The notes below the pieces were generated by a model. The model was not told the origin of the DNA, searched no databases, and saw nothing but the letters and a program-made list of their open reading frames with translations. A DNA stretch of 24,561 bases from a bacterium (GTDB taxonomy: Bacteria; Zhuqueibacterota; Zhuqueibacteria; Oceanimicrobiales; Oceanimicrobiaceae): positions 1 to 24,561 of the forward strand of contig JBHHXN010000071.1 in assembly GCA_046757025.1 (NCBI GenBank), in the 5' to 3' direction. The translations under genes and the position numbers were made by a program. Shown piece by piece: positions 8,084 to 17,150 of the stretch. The stretch's first letter is position 1. Each line of letters starts with the position of its first letter.

Positions 8084-11000
8084 ATGAAAAAATCAGTTTG
8101 TTGCACGATGCTCTTCACCTTGCTGTTTACCTTCACTTTAACCGCGCAGGAAGCCCGGCTGCTGCGCTTTCCGGCCATTTATGAAAACCAGATCGTTTTC
8201 ACCTATGCCGGTGATTTGTACACTGTTTCCGCGGATGGCGGCATTGCCCGCAAACTCACCAGTCACGACGGTTACGAGATGTTCGCCCGCTTTTCGCCAG
8301 ATGGCGAACACATCGCATTTACCGGACAGTATGACGGCAACACCGAAGTCTTTCTCATCCCGGCAGCAGGAGGGGCGCCCACTCGTTTGACTTACACCGC
8401 CACTCTGGGCCGCGACGACGTGGCCGACCGCATGGGGCCGAACAACATCGTTATGACCTGGACGCCGGATGGCCAAAAGATTGTCTTTCGCTCCCGCATG
8501 TGTTCATTCAATAGTTTTAACGGTTCGTTGTTCACGGTGTCGCTGGACGGTGACTTGCCGCAGCAGATTCCCGTGCCCAGAGGCGGCTTTTGCTCCTTCT
8601 CCGCTGACGGCAAGAACATGGCCTACAATCGGATATTTCGGGAGTTTCGTACCTGGAAACGCTACCGTGGCGGTATGGCCGATGATATCTGGATCTACCA
8701 TTTTGACTCGAAAACCGTGGAAAACGTAACCAACAATCCAGCACAAGACATCATTCCTCTATGGAGCGGCGATAAAATTTATTTTCTCTCCGACCGCGAC
8801 GAAAACAAAAAAATGAATCTTTACGTCATCGATTTAAATTCAAAAGAAACCCGACAGCTCACCAGCTACGCGGAGTTTGATATCAAATTTCCATCGCTCG
8901 GAAAAAACGCCATCGTGTACGAAAACGGCGGCTGGATTTACAAGCTGGATCTGGCCAGCGAACAGGCGAAAAAAGTGGCCATCACCATTGCCGATGATTT
9001 TCTGAATGGCCGTGGTGAAATCAAAAACGTTAGCAAAGACGTCAGCAATTATGAGATTTCTCCGGAGGGCAAACGCGCGTTGTTTGGCGCCCACGGCGAC
9101 GTGTTTACCGTGCCAGCGGAGCACGGCGCCACCCGCAATCTGACCAAGACCTCCGGTGTTCATGAACGTAACTCCAAATGGTCGCCGGACGGTAAATGGG
9201 TAGCGTTCATTTCAGACAAAACCGGCGAAGACGAAATCTATCTGATCAAGCAGGATGGCAGCGGCGCTCCCATTCAAATCACCCGCGAAGGCGAAACCTA
9301 CAAATACCAACCGTTGTGGTCGCCGGACAGTAAAAAACTGCTGTGGAGCGATCGCAAACAGCGGCTGCGTTTTGTGGACATCCAGTCGAAGACCATCACC
9401 GAAGTGGCGCAGGCCACGGCCTGGGAAATCCGACAGTACAACTGGTCGCCGGACAGCAAATGGATCGCCTATTCGAAACCGGAAGAGGACACCATGAATA
9501 AGATCTACCTCTACTCTCTAACTTCGGAAAAGACTATCGAGGTCACCGATGGCTGGTACGCTTCAACCGAACCGGTTTTTAGCTCGGATGGTAAGTTTCT
9601 CTACTTCCTGTCCAATCGGGATTTTAATCCCATTTATAGCTGGACCGAATGGAATCATGCCTATCAGGACATGGAGCGCATTTATTTTGTGGCGCTGGCA
9701 AAGGATGTGGAATCGCCCTTCAAACCCAAAAGCGATGAAGTGGCAGTGAAAAAAACTGAGCCAAAATCGAGCAAAAAAAACAAAAAGAAAGAGGAGGCCA
9801 AAAAGCAGGAAGACCAGGTCGTAGTCAAAGTGGATGAAGACGGCTTGAAAAACCGCATCGTGGGACTGCCCATCAAACCGTCCAGTTTCTGGCATCTCAC
9901 CTCGGTTGGCGATAAGCTTTATTACAATCGCAACGGCAGCGGCGATGACAAATCCAAGCTGCTGATGTTCGATTTTGAAAAGGAAAAAGAAACCGAGCTG
10001 GGCAATGTAAATGGCTACGAAATTTCGGCTGACCAGAAAAAAATGCTGGTGTCGCAAAACAACTCGTATGCCATCATCGATCTGCCAAAAGGTAAAATTA
10101 AGATCGACAAAAAATTAGACCTTTCGGGCATGGAAATTCGACTGGATCGCAAAGCCGAGTGGAACCAAATCTACACCGAGTGCTGGCGTCAGATGCGGGA
10201 GTTTTTCTACGATCCCAACATGCACGGCCTGGACTGGCAGGCGGTGCGTCAGAAATACCAGCCGCTGGTGGCGCATGTGAATCACCGTAACGATTTGACC
10301 TACCTTATCGGCGAAATGATCGGCGAGCTCAATGTGGGGCATACGTATGTGGGCGGCGGCGATCGGCCGCGTCCCAAAAGAATCCAGACCGGACTGCTGG
10401 GAGCCGAGCTGGAACGCGACGCCGGCTCAAAATATTATCGCATTAAAAAAATATTGCAAGGTCAGAACTGGAAAAAATCCTTGCGCTCGCCGCTCACCGA
10501 GCTCGGCGTCGATGCTCGTGAGGGAGAATACATCATTGCCGTGAACGGCGTGCCCACCAATTCCATGACCAACATTTACGAAGCCCTGCTCAACACGGTG
10601 GCTAAACAAGTGAAATTGACGCTCAATAGCAAACCTTCGAAAACGGGCAGCCGCGAGGTGACGGTGAAGCCCATCGCCAGCGAAGCGCAATTGTACTATC
10701 ACAACTGGGTGCAGACCAACATCAAAAAAGTCAACGAAGCGACGGACGGCAAAGTGGGATATATTCACATTCCGGACATGGGCCGCAACGGCTTGAACGA
10801 GTTTGTGGAAAACTTCTATCCGCAAATCCGCAAAAAGGCGCTGATCGTGGATGTGCGCGGCAACGGCGGCGGCAACGTCTCGCCCATGATCATCGAGCGC
10901 TTACGCCGGGAGATCGCCATGATCACCATGGCCCGCAACACCACCCCCAGCGTCAATCCGGGCGGTATGATCTACGGACCCATGGTTTGCCTGGCTGATG

Positions 11001-11356
11001 AATTTTCCGCTTCCGATGGCGATATTTTTACCTACCGTTTTAAAAAGCACAATCTCGGCAAAGTGGTGGGCAAACGTACGTGGGGCGGCGTGGTCGGCAT
11101 TCGCGGTTCTCTGCCGCTGCTGGACGGCGGTTCGCTCAACAAGCCGGAGTTCTCGCGTTACGATGTGGAAGGCAGGGAATGGATCATGGAAGGCGTGGGT
11201 GTGGAGCCGGACATCTTTGTGGACAACGACCCGGCCAAAGAATTTGCCGGCGAGGATCAGCAGCTCAACAAAGCCATCGAAGTGATCCTGGCGGAGCTGA
11301 AAACCAAAGGCAAAGAAATTCCGCCCATTCCGCCATTTCCGCAAAAGAATAAGTGA
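8084..11356 (+). CDS. Tricorn protease homolog (peptidase S41B; beta-propellers, C1, PDZ, S41 catalytic domain)
   Basis: 1090 aa with signal peptide, repeated W/FSPDG PD40-like blades, FFYDPNMHGLDW, GELNVGHTY, IVDVRGNGGGNVS, SASDGD and GKRTWGGVVGI. Confidence 0.96.
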   Translation: MKKSVCCTMLFTLLFTFTLTAQEARLLRFPAIYENQIVFTYAGDLYTVSADGGIARKLTSHDGYEMFARFSPDGEHIAFTGQYDGNTEVFLIPAAGGAPTRLTYTATLGRDDVADRMGPNNIVMTWTPDGQKIVFRSRMCSFNSFNGSLFTVSLDGDLPQQIPVPRGGFCSFSADGKNMAYNRIFREFRTWKRYRGGMADDIWIYHFDSKTVENVTNNPAQDIIPLWSGDKIYFLSDRDENKKMNLYVIDLNSKETRQLTSYAEFDIKFPSLGKNAIVYENGGWIYKLDLASEQAKKVAITIADDFLNGRGEIKNVSKDVSNYEISPEGKRALFGAHGDVFTVPAEHGATRNLTKTSGVHERNSKWSPDGKWVAFISDKTGEDEIYLIKQDGSGAPIQITREGETYKYQPLWSPDSKKLLWSDRKQRLRFVDIQSKTITEVAQATAWEIRQYNWSPDSKWIAYSKPEEDTMNKIYLYSLTSEKTIEVTDGWYASTEPVFSSDGKFLYFLSNRDFNPIYSWTEWNHAYQDMERIYFVALAKDVESPFKPKSDEVAVKKTEPKSSKKNKKKEEAKKQEDQVVVKVDEDGLKNRIVGLPIKPSSFWHLTSVGDKLYYNRNGSGDDKSKLLMFDFEKEKETELGNVNGYEISADQKKMLVSQNNSYAIIDLPKGKIKIDKKLDLSGMEIRLDRKAEWNQIYTECWRQMREFFYDPNMHGLDWQAVRQKYQPLVAHVNHRNDLTYLIGEMIGELNVGHTYVGGGDRPRPKRIQTGLLGAELERDAGSKYYRIKKILQGQNWKKSLRSPLTELGVDAREGEYIIAVNGVPTNSMTNIYEALLNTVAKQVKLTLNSKPSKTGSREVTVKPIASEAQLYYHNWVQTNIKKVNEATDGKVGYIHIPDMGRNGLNEFVENFYPQIRKKALIVDVRGNGGGNVSPMIIERLRREIAMITMARNTTPSVNPGGMIYGPMVCLADEFSASDGDIFTYRFKKHNLGKVVGKRTWGGVVGIRGSLPLLDGGSLNKPEFSRYDVEGREWIMEGVGVEPDIFVDNDPAKEFAGEDQQLNKAIEVILAELKTKGKEIPPIPPFPQKNK

Positions 11357-11389
11357 AAAGACCAAAGAAACGGTAAAACCACATTTACG

Positions 11390-11446
11390 GTGGGTGGCCA
11401 TCAATTTCGTTCCCAAATTTTATTTGGGAACGAATGGTTACCCCAC
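11390..11446. repeat. REP-like palindrome
   Basis: Perfect core TTCGTTCCCAAAT / ATTTGGGAACGAA, extended by imperfect GTGGG..CCAT / ATGG..CCCAC arms. Confidence 0.6.
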
Positions 11447-11463
11447 TAAAACTACGGTATTAC

Positions 11464-11492
11464 AAGAGACGTCCGAGAGCGGGCGTCTCTTT
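11464..11492 (+). terminator. Rho-independent terminator after the tricorn gene
   Basis: AAGAGACGTCCG-AGAG-CGGGCGTCTCTT stem-loop followed by T-rich sequence. Confidence 0.65.
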
Positions 11493-11538
11493 GATTTAGT
11501 TCATATTATTTAGCTCAGGGGATTTCTGAGTGGGTTTA

Positions 11539-11668
11539 GTAAAACCGACAGCCTAACCTGCGCTGCCATTCAGGACGCTTAACCTTATAAAAAGATAAGA
11601 CTTGCGACTGTGCTCAAAACTCTGAATTCACGCCCCTTCGGCAGCGTCAGGATGAGGCGATGTTAGGC
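11539..11668 (-). mobile_element. Integron attC recombination site (solitary; no intI in window)
   Basis: Minus strand reads R'' GCCTAAC, spacer, L'' CCTCATCC-TGACGCTGCC ... GGCAGCG-CA-L' GGTTAGG, 6-bp spacer, R' GTT(TTAC). It is 130 bp long and starts 36 bp after the stop of co-oriented ORF 11705..12301. Confidence 0.7.
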
Positions 11669-11704
11669 ACTGTTCTAGCTAAACTGGACTCTGAAGAATC
11701 AAGG

Positions 11705-12301
11705 CTAACTTTCTATTCTTCGAAGGTTTTTTTCGACATCATACTCTTGCCATTCCTGAAGGTGAGGTAAACCATCCGACTTATAGAATCTTAGATTTAT
11801 TTTCTTCTCACCTGCGTTTTCGCTGCACTTTGTGAATAGATACGATGCTTCCTTGGGTTTTAAGAGGATAAATGAATAACTAATCTGATCCTCGTTTCCC
11901 ATCAATAGAGCCAAGTATGAGTTGTCATCCCATTTTGACCAATACTTGCGACCAACACCCCAAAACCATCTGTCTTGTTCTGGTGAGTAGCTTGAATACT
12001 TACATAGCACTTTTGATGGTGAATTCAGAAATTCTAGCACCGTATTGGAAACGAGCTTAAAATTGCCCCTATTTAGTGCATTTCCGACAGCCTCCTTTAG
12101 TTGTCTTTCTTTTTCTGGATCTCGAGGCTTCTTTATTGAGGTTGAAGCCTGTCTGGTTGGTCGAATGTACGGTACTTTTTCACGTAATTCAGAATTGGAT
12201 TGCGCTGAATCTTTGTGTTGAGATTCATAGAAATCGATTAAACGCTCGATAACGTTACTTGGGGTATCAAAAGCGATTGCTTGCGCTTCGAATTGCATCA
12301 T
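11705..12301 (-). CDS. Hypothetical protein, putative integron gene cassette (possibly N-truncated)
   Basis: 198-aa ORF, more AT-rich than the flanking tricorn gene and followed by attC. Contains FDTPSNVIERLIDFYE and VLCKYS...WFWG motifs. Confidence 0.7.
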   Translation of the reverse strand: MMQFEAQAIAFDTPSNVIERLIDFYESQHKDSAQSNSELREKVPYIRPTRQASTSIKKPRDPEKERQLKEAVGNALNRGNFKLVSNTVLEFLNSPSKVLCKYSSYSPEQDRWFWGVGRKYWSKWDDNSYLALLMGNEDQISYSFILLKPKEASYLFTKCSENAGEKKINLRFYKSDGLPHLQEWQEYDVEKNLRRIES

Positions 12302-12382
12302 TATAATTAATAATTTTTGAAAATGTAAGAAAAAACAGGTTCTATTGTATTCACACTAAACTTTTGCAATAAAGTGTAAAAA

Positions 12383-12750
12383 AAGAACGGGGATGTCACG
12401 GATTTAACGGATTAGACTTAGCGGAATGCGTCGAAGTCAGTGGAATGTGTATTGTGTTGCTCATAAATATTTTGGTTTTCTGCCACAATCAGATCCGTGG
12501 CAATCCGTTCTATCTGTTAAATCGGTGTGCCATTCTTATGCGGCTACGCCGCGCCGGGTTGTTTTGAACGGGTGTCATTTTAGAGAAAATAAATCCCGGA
12601 TTAACTTGCTGCCGCCTTTGGCCGCAACCAGATAATTTATTCAACCACGGATTTACACTGATTGACACAGAACGGCAAAGCCGTAGAGAAAAATGTAATT
12701 TAAAAAGGTCTGCACCAAAACCGGTGTTTTATCAGTGGCAATCCGTGGCT
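12383..12750. repeat. Two inverted-arm elements built from degenerate ~9-nt CACGGATTT/AATCCGTG units, with short GC hairpins between
   Basis: Arm pairs 12383-12413/12487-12537 and 12643-12671/12721-12750 (AACCACGGATTTACACTGAT vs ATCAGTGGCAATCCGTGGCT). GCGGCTACGCCGC and GCCGCCTTTGGCCGC lie between them. Confidence 0.7.
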
Positions 12751-12924
12751 AATATTTCCACTTTACCCACTCTGATCGACATGGAGCCATTTTTCTTGGC
12801 CATGGTACAATCCTCTACTTAAATTATACACAAGCCTATTGTAAAAACATTATTGAACTATCAAATTCTATTTTGGGGCCGTCGTTAACAATTGAAGGTG
12901 AAATGATAGTCTGCCCTGGTTTTA

Positions 12925-13716
12925 CTATTTTAAATAGACCAGTTTTTTACTCTGCATAAAATCACCCGCAACCATCCGAACCACGTAGAGACCGGTACTG
13001 GCATCATGACCCTGGCTGTTTTTTCCATCCCACGCAATTTTGTAAACACCCGGCTGTTTCACTTCGTCCGCCAGCGTCTGCACCAGCTCGCCTAAAATAT
13101 TGTAGATTCTGAGTGTGACCTTGCCGGTTTGTGGCAAATGATATTGAATGGTGGTGGTGGGATTAAACGGATTCGGGTAGTTTTGCAACAAGGCAAACTT
13201 TTGGGGATTTCGTGGATTCGCTTTTTCCACAGCACTGGGCAGGCCTTCTCCGAATGCAAAAATACGCACGGGATTTCGCAAGGTATCATTGTTATAAAAA
13301 AACAACGTATCCGTAAATGGGAAAAATCCCATTCCCTGTTTACACACCGGGCACAAATCTGGAGGATAAAATACCAAAAGCGCGGAATCGTTGGCAGCCA
13401 GAGTCAGTTTGTTGATTTCGAATTGCGACGGGTCTTTTCCGTAAATAAACCAGGTAAAAAACGTGTCCCTGGTAGTCACTTCGACGCTCCATCCGTAGGG
13501 CTTATGGGAGAGTACGCTGTCAATATTTAATACTTCGTTCCCGACGTTTATCACCCAAAGCGAGTCCACACTGTAAATGGTCTCAAAGAACAGGGTGTCG
13601 GGTCGAATGACAATTTCTGCACCGGCCGAATCTCCAGAAATTCCCGATTTCGAGTTGTGAACCGTCAGGATAGAAACGAAGGTAAACAACAGACTGAGAA
13701 AATGATGGACTTTCAT
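12925..13716 (-). CDS. Secreted Ig-like (ASH/choice-of-anchor-D-like) protein with FlgD-Ig/T9SS CTD
   Basis: Signal peptide; IRPDTLFF...LWVINVGNEVLNID...DTLFFYNND...GEG; CTD LLQNYPNPFNP...WDGKNSQG. Confidence 0.82.
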   Translation of the reverse strand: MKVHHFLSLLFTFVSILTVHNSKSGISGDSAGAEIVIRPDTLFFETIYSVDSLWVINVGNEVLNIDSVLSHKPYGWSVEVTTRDTFFTWFIYGKDPSQFEINKLTLAANDSALLVFYPPDLCPVCKQGMGFFPFTDTLFFYNNDTLRNPVRIFAFGEGLPSAVEKANPRNPQKFALLQNYPNPFNPTTTIQYHLPQTGKVTLRIYNILGELVQTLADEVKQPGVYKIAWDGKNSQGHDASTGLYVVRMVAGDFMQSKKLVYLK

Positions 13717-13725
13717 GGTTTTTCC

Positions 13726-15057
13726 TTATCTGAGCAGTAACATTTTCTTCACATAAACAAAATCACCAGATTTTAACTGGTAGAGATACACCCCGCTGGC
13801 CACGCGCTGTCCGGATTCATCTGTCCCCTTCCAGACAATTTTACGGCCACCAGCGGTTTGACGGCCTTGCACCAGTGTGGCCAACTTCTGCCCCCGCAGA
13901 TTGAAGACGGTGATTTCTAGCTCAGAAGTGCGGGGCAATTGGTATTCAATCACGGTTTCAGGATTGAAGGGATTGGGATAATTTGGAAACAGGACGTATT
14001 CTTCAGGCTGCTTACTTTCATCCGGTTCAACGTGAACCACATCGATGGGCGATGTGGCTATGGCAACTTTTCCGCCGGAGACATAGGTCATCCAGAGCTG
14101 ATCATGTGCCTCAATCCAATCGAGCGTAAAAGGACCCGAGGCATCCCAGGCTTGTGGTGTGCCGCTGAGCACCGGTTGCTCTGAAGCCTTTGTCCAGTGG
14201 ATGCCATCCTCAGAGACCGCGACACCGGTGTGGGTGTGGTTAAAATCATAGCCGGTGGCTGAAAACACCAGACCTGTGTACAGCATAACAAAACGGTTTT
14301 CCAGCCAGCGTATTTGCGGAGCATAGACGCCCACGGAATCCCATGCACTAGAGGTAGATGGTGAAAACACAGGATTGCCGGGATATTTCTGCCAGTTTAT
14401 CCCATCCACCGAGGTTGCCAGGCCCACATGAATTCGCCATTCTACATCCGTCCCGTTATACCACATGTAGAATAGAGAGTCTTTTCTGAGCACGCACGGG
14501 GATTCGATCTGGCGTTCTTCCCAGGAACCCGGTAAACCTCGCTCAAGAATGGGATTGGCCGCATGGCGAATCCAGGTCTGACCATCCTGTGAAGTAGCCA
14601 GGCCGAATTTAAGCTGAGCGCCATCGTCGGCCATGGAATCTGGCGTGGCCGAGTAATAGAGCCAAAATCCCTCGGAAGAGCGAACGACGTTGGGGGTTTC
14701 GATATGGCCGGAATCCCAGGCGCCAGCTGCTGCTTCTCTAAAAACAGGATTCGTAGAATTAGCCTGCCAGGCAAAACCATCAGCGGAGGTGTAGTAGTAG
14801 GTTCGAACGCCGGCCGTGGTCTCTCCGGGAATAAATCCACCACCGGTAATCCACAGGTGAAAGTTTGTACCGTCAAACAAGAGCGCTGGATCGCTATAAC
14901 CTATGATGCCGGATTGTGGATCGGGAGAAAGGACGGGATTGCCGACGTATTTCTGCCACTGGCTTTGCCCAAAGGCTGTTGATAGCGGCAGGACAAACAC
15001 TGCCAGGATTAATGTAATATAGAAAAATTGAAAAATTATATTGTTCACTTCTTTCAT
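13726..15057 (-). CDS. Five-bladed beta-propeller glycoside hydrolase-like protein (GH43/130/32 clan-like) with CTD
   Basis: Repeats WQKYxGNPV, DPALL, IETPNV, IESPCV, GLATSxDGxxW. Signal peptide and CTD. Confidence 0.85.
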   Translation of the reverse strand: MKEVNNIIFQFFYITLILAVFVLPLSTAFGQSQWQKYVGNPVLSPDPQSGIIGYSDPALLFDGTNFHLWITGGGFIPGETTAGVRTYYYTSADGFAWQANSTNPVFREAAAGAWDSGHIETPNVVRSSEGFWLYYSATPDSMADDGAQLKFGLATSQDGQTWIRHAANPILERGLPGSWEERQIESPCVLRKDSLFYMWYNGTDVEWRIHVGLATSVDGINWQKYPGNPVFSPSTSSAWDSVGVYAPQIRWLENRFVMLYTGLVFSATGYDFNHTHTGVAVSEDGIHWTKASEQPVLSGTPQAWDASGPFTLDWIEAHDQLWMTYVSGGKVAIATSPIDVVHVEPDESKQPEEYVLFPNYPNPFNPETVIEYQLPRTSELEITVFNLRGQKLATLVQGRQTAGGRKIVWKGTDESGQRVASGVYLYQLKSGDFVYVKKMLLLR

Positions 15058-15118
15058 CGTTGCGTCTCCTATTAGTTCTGTTGCAAAATGTCATTCTCCG
15101 AAAATGACTCAGAGCAGG

Positions 15119-15216
15119 CTGGAAGAATCTTTTTAATAAACAGAACCTTACGTCGAATCAAAAAAGATTCCCTCTGAATGACAAGAACTGCAGAGATTGA
15201 CTTTTCACACAGTCTG
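15119..15216 (-). mobile_element. MITE family B, partial inverted copy inside an imperfect palindrome (15078-15243)
   Basis: 15119-15184 is the reverse complement of 17012-17077 at 63/66 identity. Ends in GACTTTTCACACAGTCTG. Confidence 0.75.
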
Positions 15217-15273
15217 TCCGTTCTAAATGACATCATGCAGTAGTTTTCGTTCAAACACTATAAAATCGATATT

Positions 15274-16809
15274 TTATTTTATAAGCCATATTTTTTTACT
15301 TTTCACAAAATCACCCGCTACCATCCGAACAACATACAAACCTGTGCCGACCTGCAGTCCCTGGTGGTTTTTCCCATTCCAATCGATTTTGTAAATGCCC
15401 GGCGGTTTGACTTCCTCTACCAGCGTCTTCACCCGTTCACCCAGAAGATTGTAGATTCGGAGGGTGACTTTACCGCTCTTTTGTAAATGATATTCGATGG
15501 TCGTCGTGGGATTAAACGGATTCGGATAGTTTTGCAGCAGCGCGAACTGTAATTTGACCGGCTGCTCCTCAATAGAGCTCACCAACGAATCCAGATTGAC
15601 TTTTATCAGGAAAGCGTCGAACTTGCCATTGGGATTAAATGACTGGGTTTTGCCGGTGGCATAAAGAAAATGCCGGTAGGTGGCGATGTCGAGAAGGTTG
15701 TCATTTGCAGTACCACCCCAGGTTTTATAAGCCATGAGTTCCCCGGTTGGCGAATATTTTAACAGCACAGCCTCCAACCCGCCGCTTCCAAAGCTGGTGG
15801 TATTGCCCCCGAGATAAATCATACCGTCATCTCCTACTGCAATGGCTCTTGCCGATTCCGCTTCCTGGTCTCCCCACGTTTGATACCAGAGTTGATTTAA
15901 ATTCTTATCATATTTTGTCAGAAAAAGGTCATTATTATTTTCTGAGACGGTTGTGATACCGACAACATACAGAAACGTGCCATCACTAGCCAGGCCGAGA
16001 GCGTTTTCAAAATTCGTCCAGGAATCGTCCCGGCCAAAAGCGACGTGATCGAGGTAGCGCCCGTCAGATTTGGAAAATTTTGCCAGCAGCGCCTGACCAT
16101 TGAAGCCTTTCAGCGCCGCAACAGGATTGGTGTCGCCGTCGTACAAACCCGCAATATAGATGACCGAGTCATCGAAGGCAATGTGACCATCCTGGTGCTC
16201 TACCCGGCCGGTGCCCCAGGGTTGCGCCCAGAGCAGATGACCGTCGAGATCAAATTTGAGCAGACCCACATCCAGATCGTTGCTGCCGCTATCGGTCCAG
16301 CCGGTTAGATAGATACCATCGTTTTCAATGATCAGACCGTCCGCTTCGTCGTAGCCAAATCCCTGATCCCAGGTGACGGTCCAGAGGGTGTCGCCGTTGG
16401 TGATGTCCACTGCCACTAGGAGCATGTCACACAATTCTAGGTTGAGACTGATGTTGCGGCAATTGCGACCGCAGAAATAGGCGATTCCGTTCGCCACTTT
16501 GGCGTTATAGGCTTGCTGTGCAAATTGACCGGCGTAGATGGCTGGCGCAGACCAGATTTCGTTTCCGGTGGGGTCGAGTTTGTAAAAAACGACATCCAGC
16601 CCCTGAAACACGCCCGGACGCGTTTGATTGGTGGCCCAATACAGATTGCCTTGGCCATCGACGGCAATGCCCCAGGCTTCGGCATCGGTATTGTTGATCG
16701 GGCTGGTTCTGCGAATGACCCAATCAGGAGTCATCGTACCCTGTGCCTGCAAATAATCAAAGGCACAAAAAACAAAAATCATTGCCAGGAATTTAATATA
16801 GCAGTTCAT
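15274..16809 (-). CDS. Secreted beta-propeller (SBBP-like repeat) protein with FlgD-Ig/T9SS CTD
   Basis: Repeats of type IAVDGQGNLY / KYDxxGxxLW.xTWG. Start reassigned to ATG 16809 (AGGAG RBS, signal MNCYIKFLAMIFVFCAFDYLQAQ). CTD present. Confidence 0.85.
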   Translation of the reverse strand: MNCYIKFLAMIFVFCAFDYLQAQGTMTPDWVIRRTSPINNTDAEAWGIAVDGQGNLYWATNQTRPGVFQGLDVVFYKLDPTGNEIWSAPAIYAGQFAQQAYNAKVANGIAYFCGRNCRNISLNLELCDMLLVAVDITNGDTLWTVTWDQGFGYDEADGLIIENDGIYLTGWTDSGSNDLDVGLLKFDLDGHLLWAQPWGTGRVEHQDGHIAFDDSVIYIAGLYDGDTNPVAALKGFNGQALLAKFSKSDGRYLDHVAFGRDDSWTNFENALGLASDGTFLYVVGITTVSENNNDLFLTKYDKNLNQLWYQTWGDQEAESARAIAVGDDGMIYLGGNTTSFGSGGLEAVLLKYSPTGELMAYKTWGGTANDNLLDIATYRHFLYATGKTQSFNPNGKFDAFLIKVNLDSLVSSIEEQPVKLQFALLQNYPNPFNPTTTIEYHLQKSGKVTLRIYNLLGERVKTLVEEVKPPGIYKIDWNGKNHQGLQVGTGLYVVRMVAGDFVKSKKIWLIK

Positions 16810-16932
16810 TTTCACGTATCTCCTTTTTGTAATGAATTCAAAATGCAAAGTGAAAATGCAAATTTTAAATTTTTGGTCTCTTTCTTTTCGGTGTTTTTCT
16901 GAAGAGGTGTTGATCGAAAGAAATGTATCATC

Positions 16933-17150
16933 GGTGTTCAAGCTTCAGCTTGCATTCATGGAGCGCTAAACAAGCTAAAGACTCTGTGTAAAAAGTCGAA
17001 CACAGCGGATTTTGTCATTCAGAGGGAATCTTTTTAGATTGGACGTAAGGTTCTGTTTATTAAAAAGATTCTTTCAGAATGACAGTGGTAGCGGAATTGG
17101 TTTTTAGATTACATTTCGATTTTTCACACAGGCTCTAAAGCTTGAACACC
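16933..17150. repeat. REP-like palindrome GGTGTTCAAGCTT(C/T)AGCTTG, interrupted by MITE B
   Basis: Removing the insert and one TAAA restores right arm CAAGCTAAAGCTTGAACACC, a 19/20 reverse complement of the left arm 16933-16952. Confidence 0.8.
16980..17135. mobile_element. MITE family B, complete 156-bp copy with TAAA target duplication (IS1182-like ends)
   Basis: TIRs GACTCTGTGTAAAAAGTCGAA and (rc) GAGCCTGTGTGAAAAATCGAA match 17/21. TAAA occurs at 16976-16979 and 17136-17139. Confidence 0.8.

Noticed and set aside
8138..11416. Numerous antisense and alternate-frame ORFs within tricorn and other long genes
   Set aside because: They are shadow ORFs of GC3-rich coding sequence with no recognisable motifs.
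12426..12635. 69-aa + strand ORF
   Set aside because: It is translated repeat sequence (SVLSVKSV pattern) with no convincing RBS.
12383..12750. Possible CRISPR array
   Set aside because: The units are short, degenerate and inverted, with no regular repeat-spacer period and no cas genes.
15074..15087. GTTCTGTTGCAAA resembling an IS6-family terminal repeat
   Set aside because: There is no transposase or clean partner end. It is better explained as an arm of the local imperfect palindrome.
16810..16941. 44-aa N-terminal extension of ORF 15274..16941
   Set aside because: It runs through repeat DNA. The RBS and signal peptide support ATG 16809.
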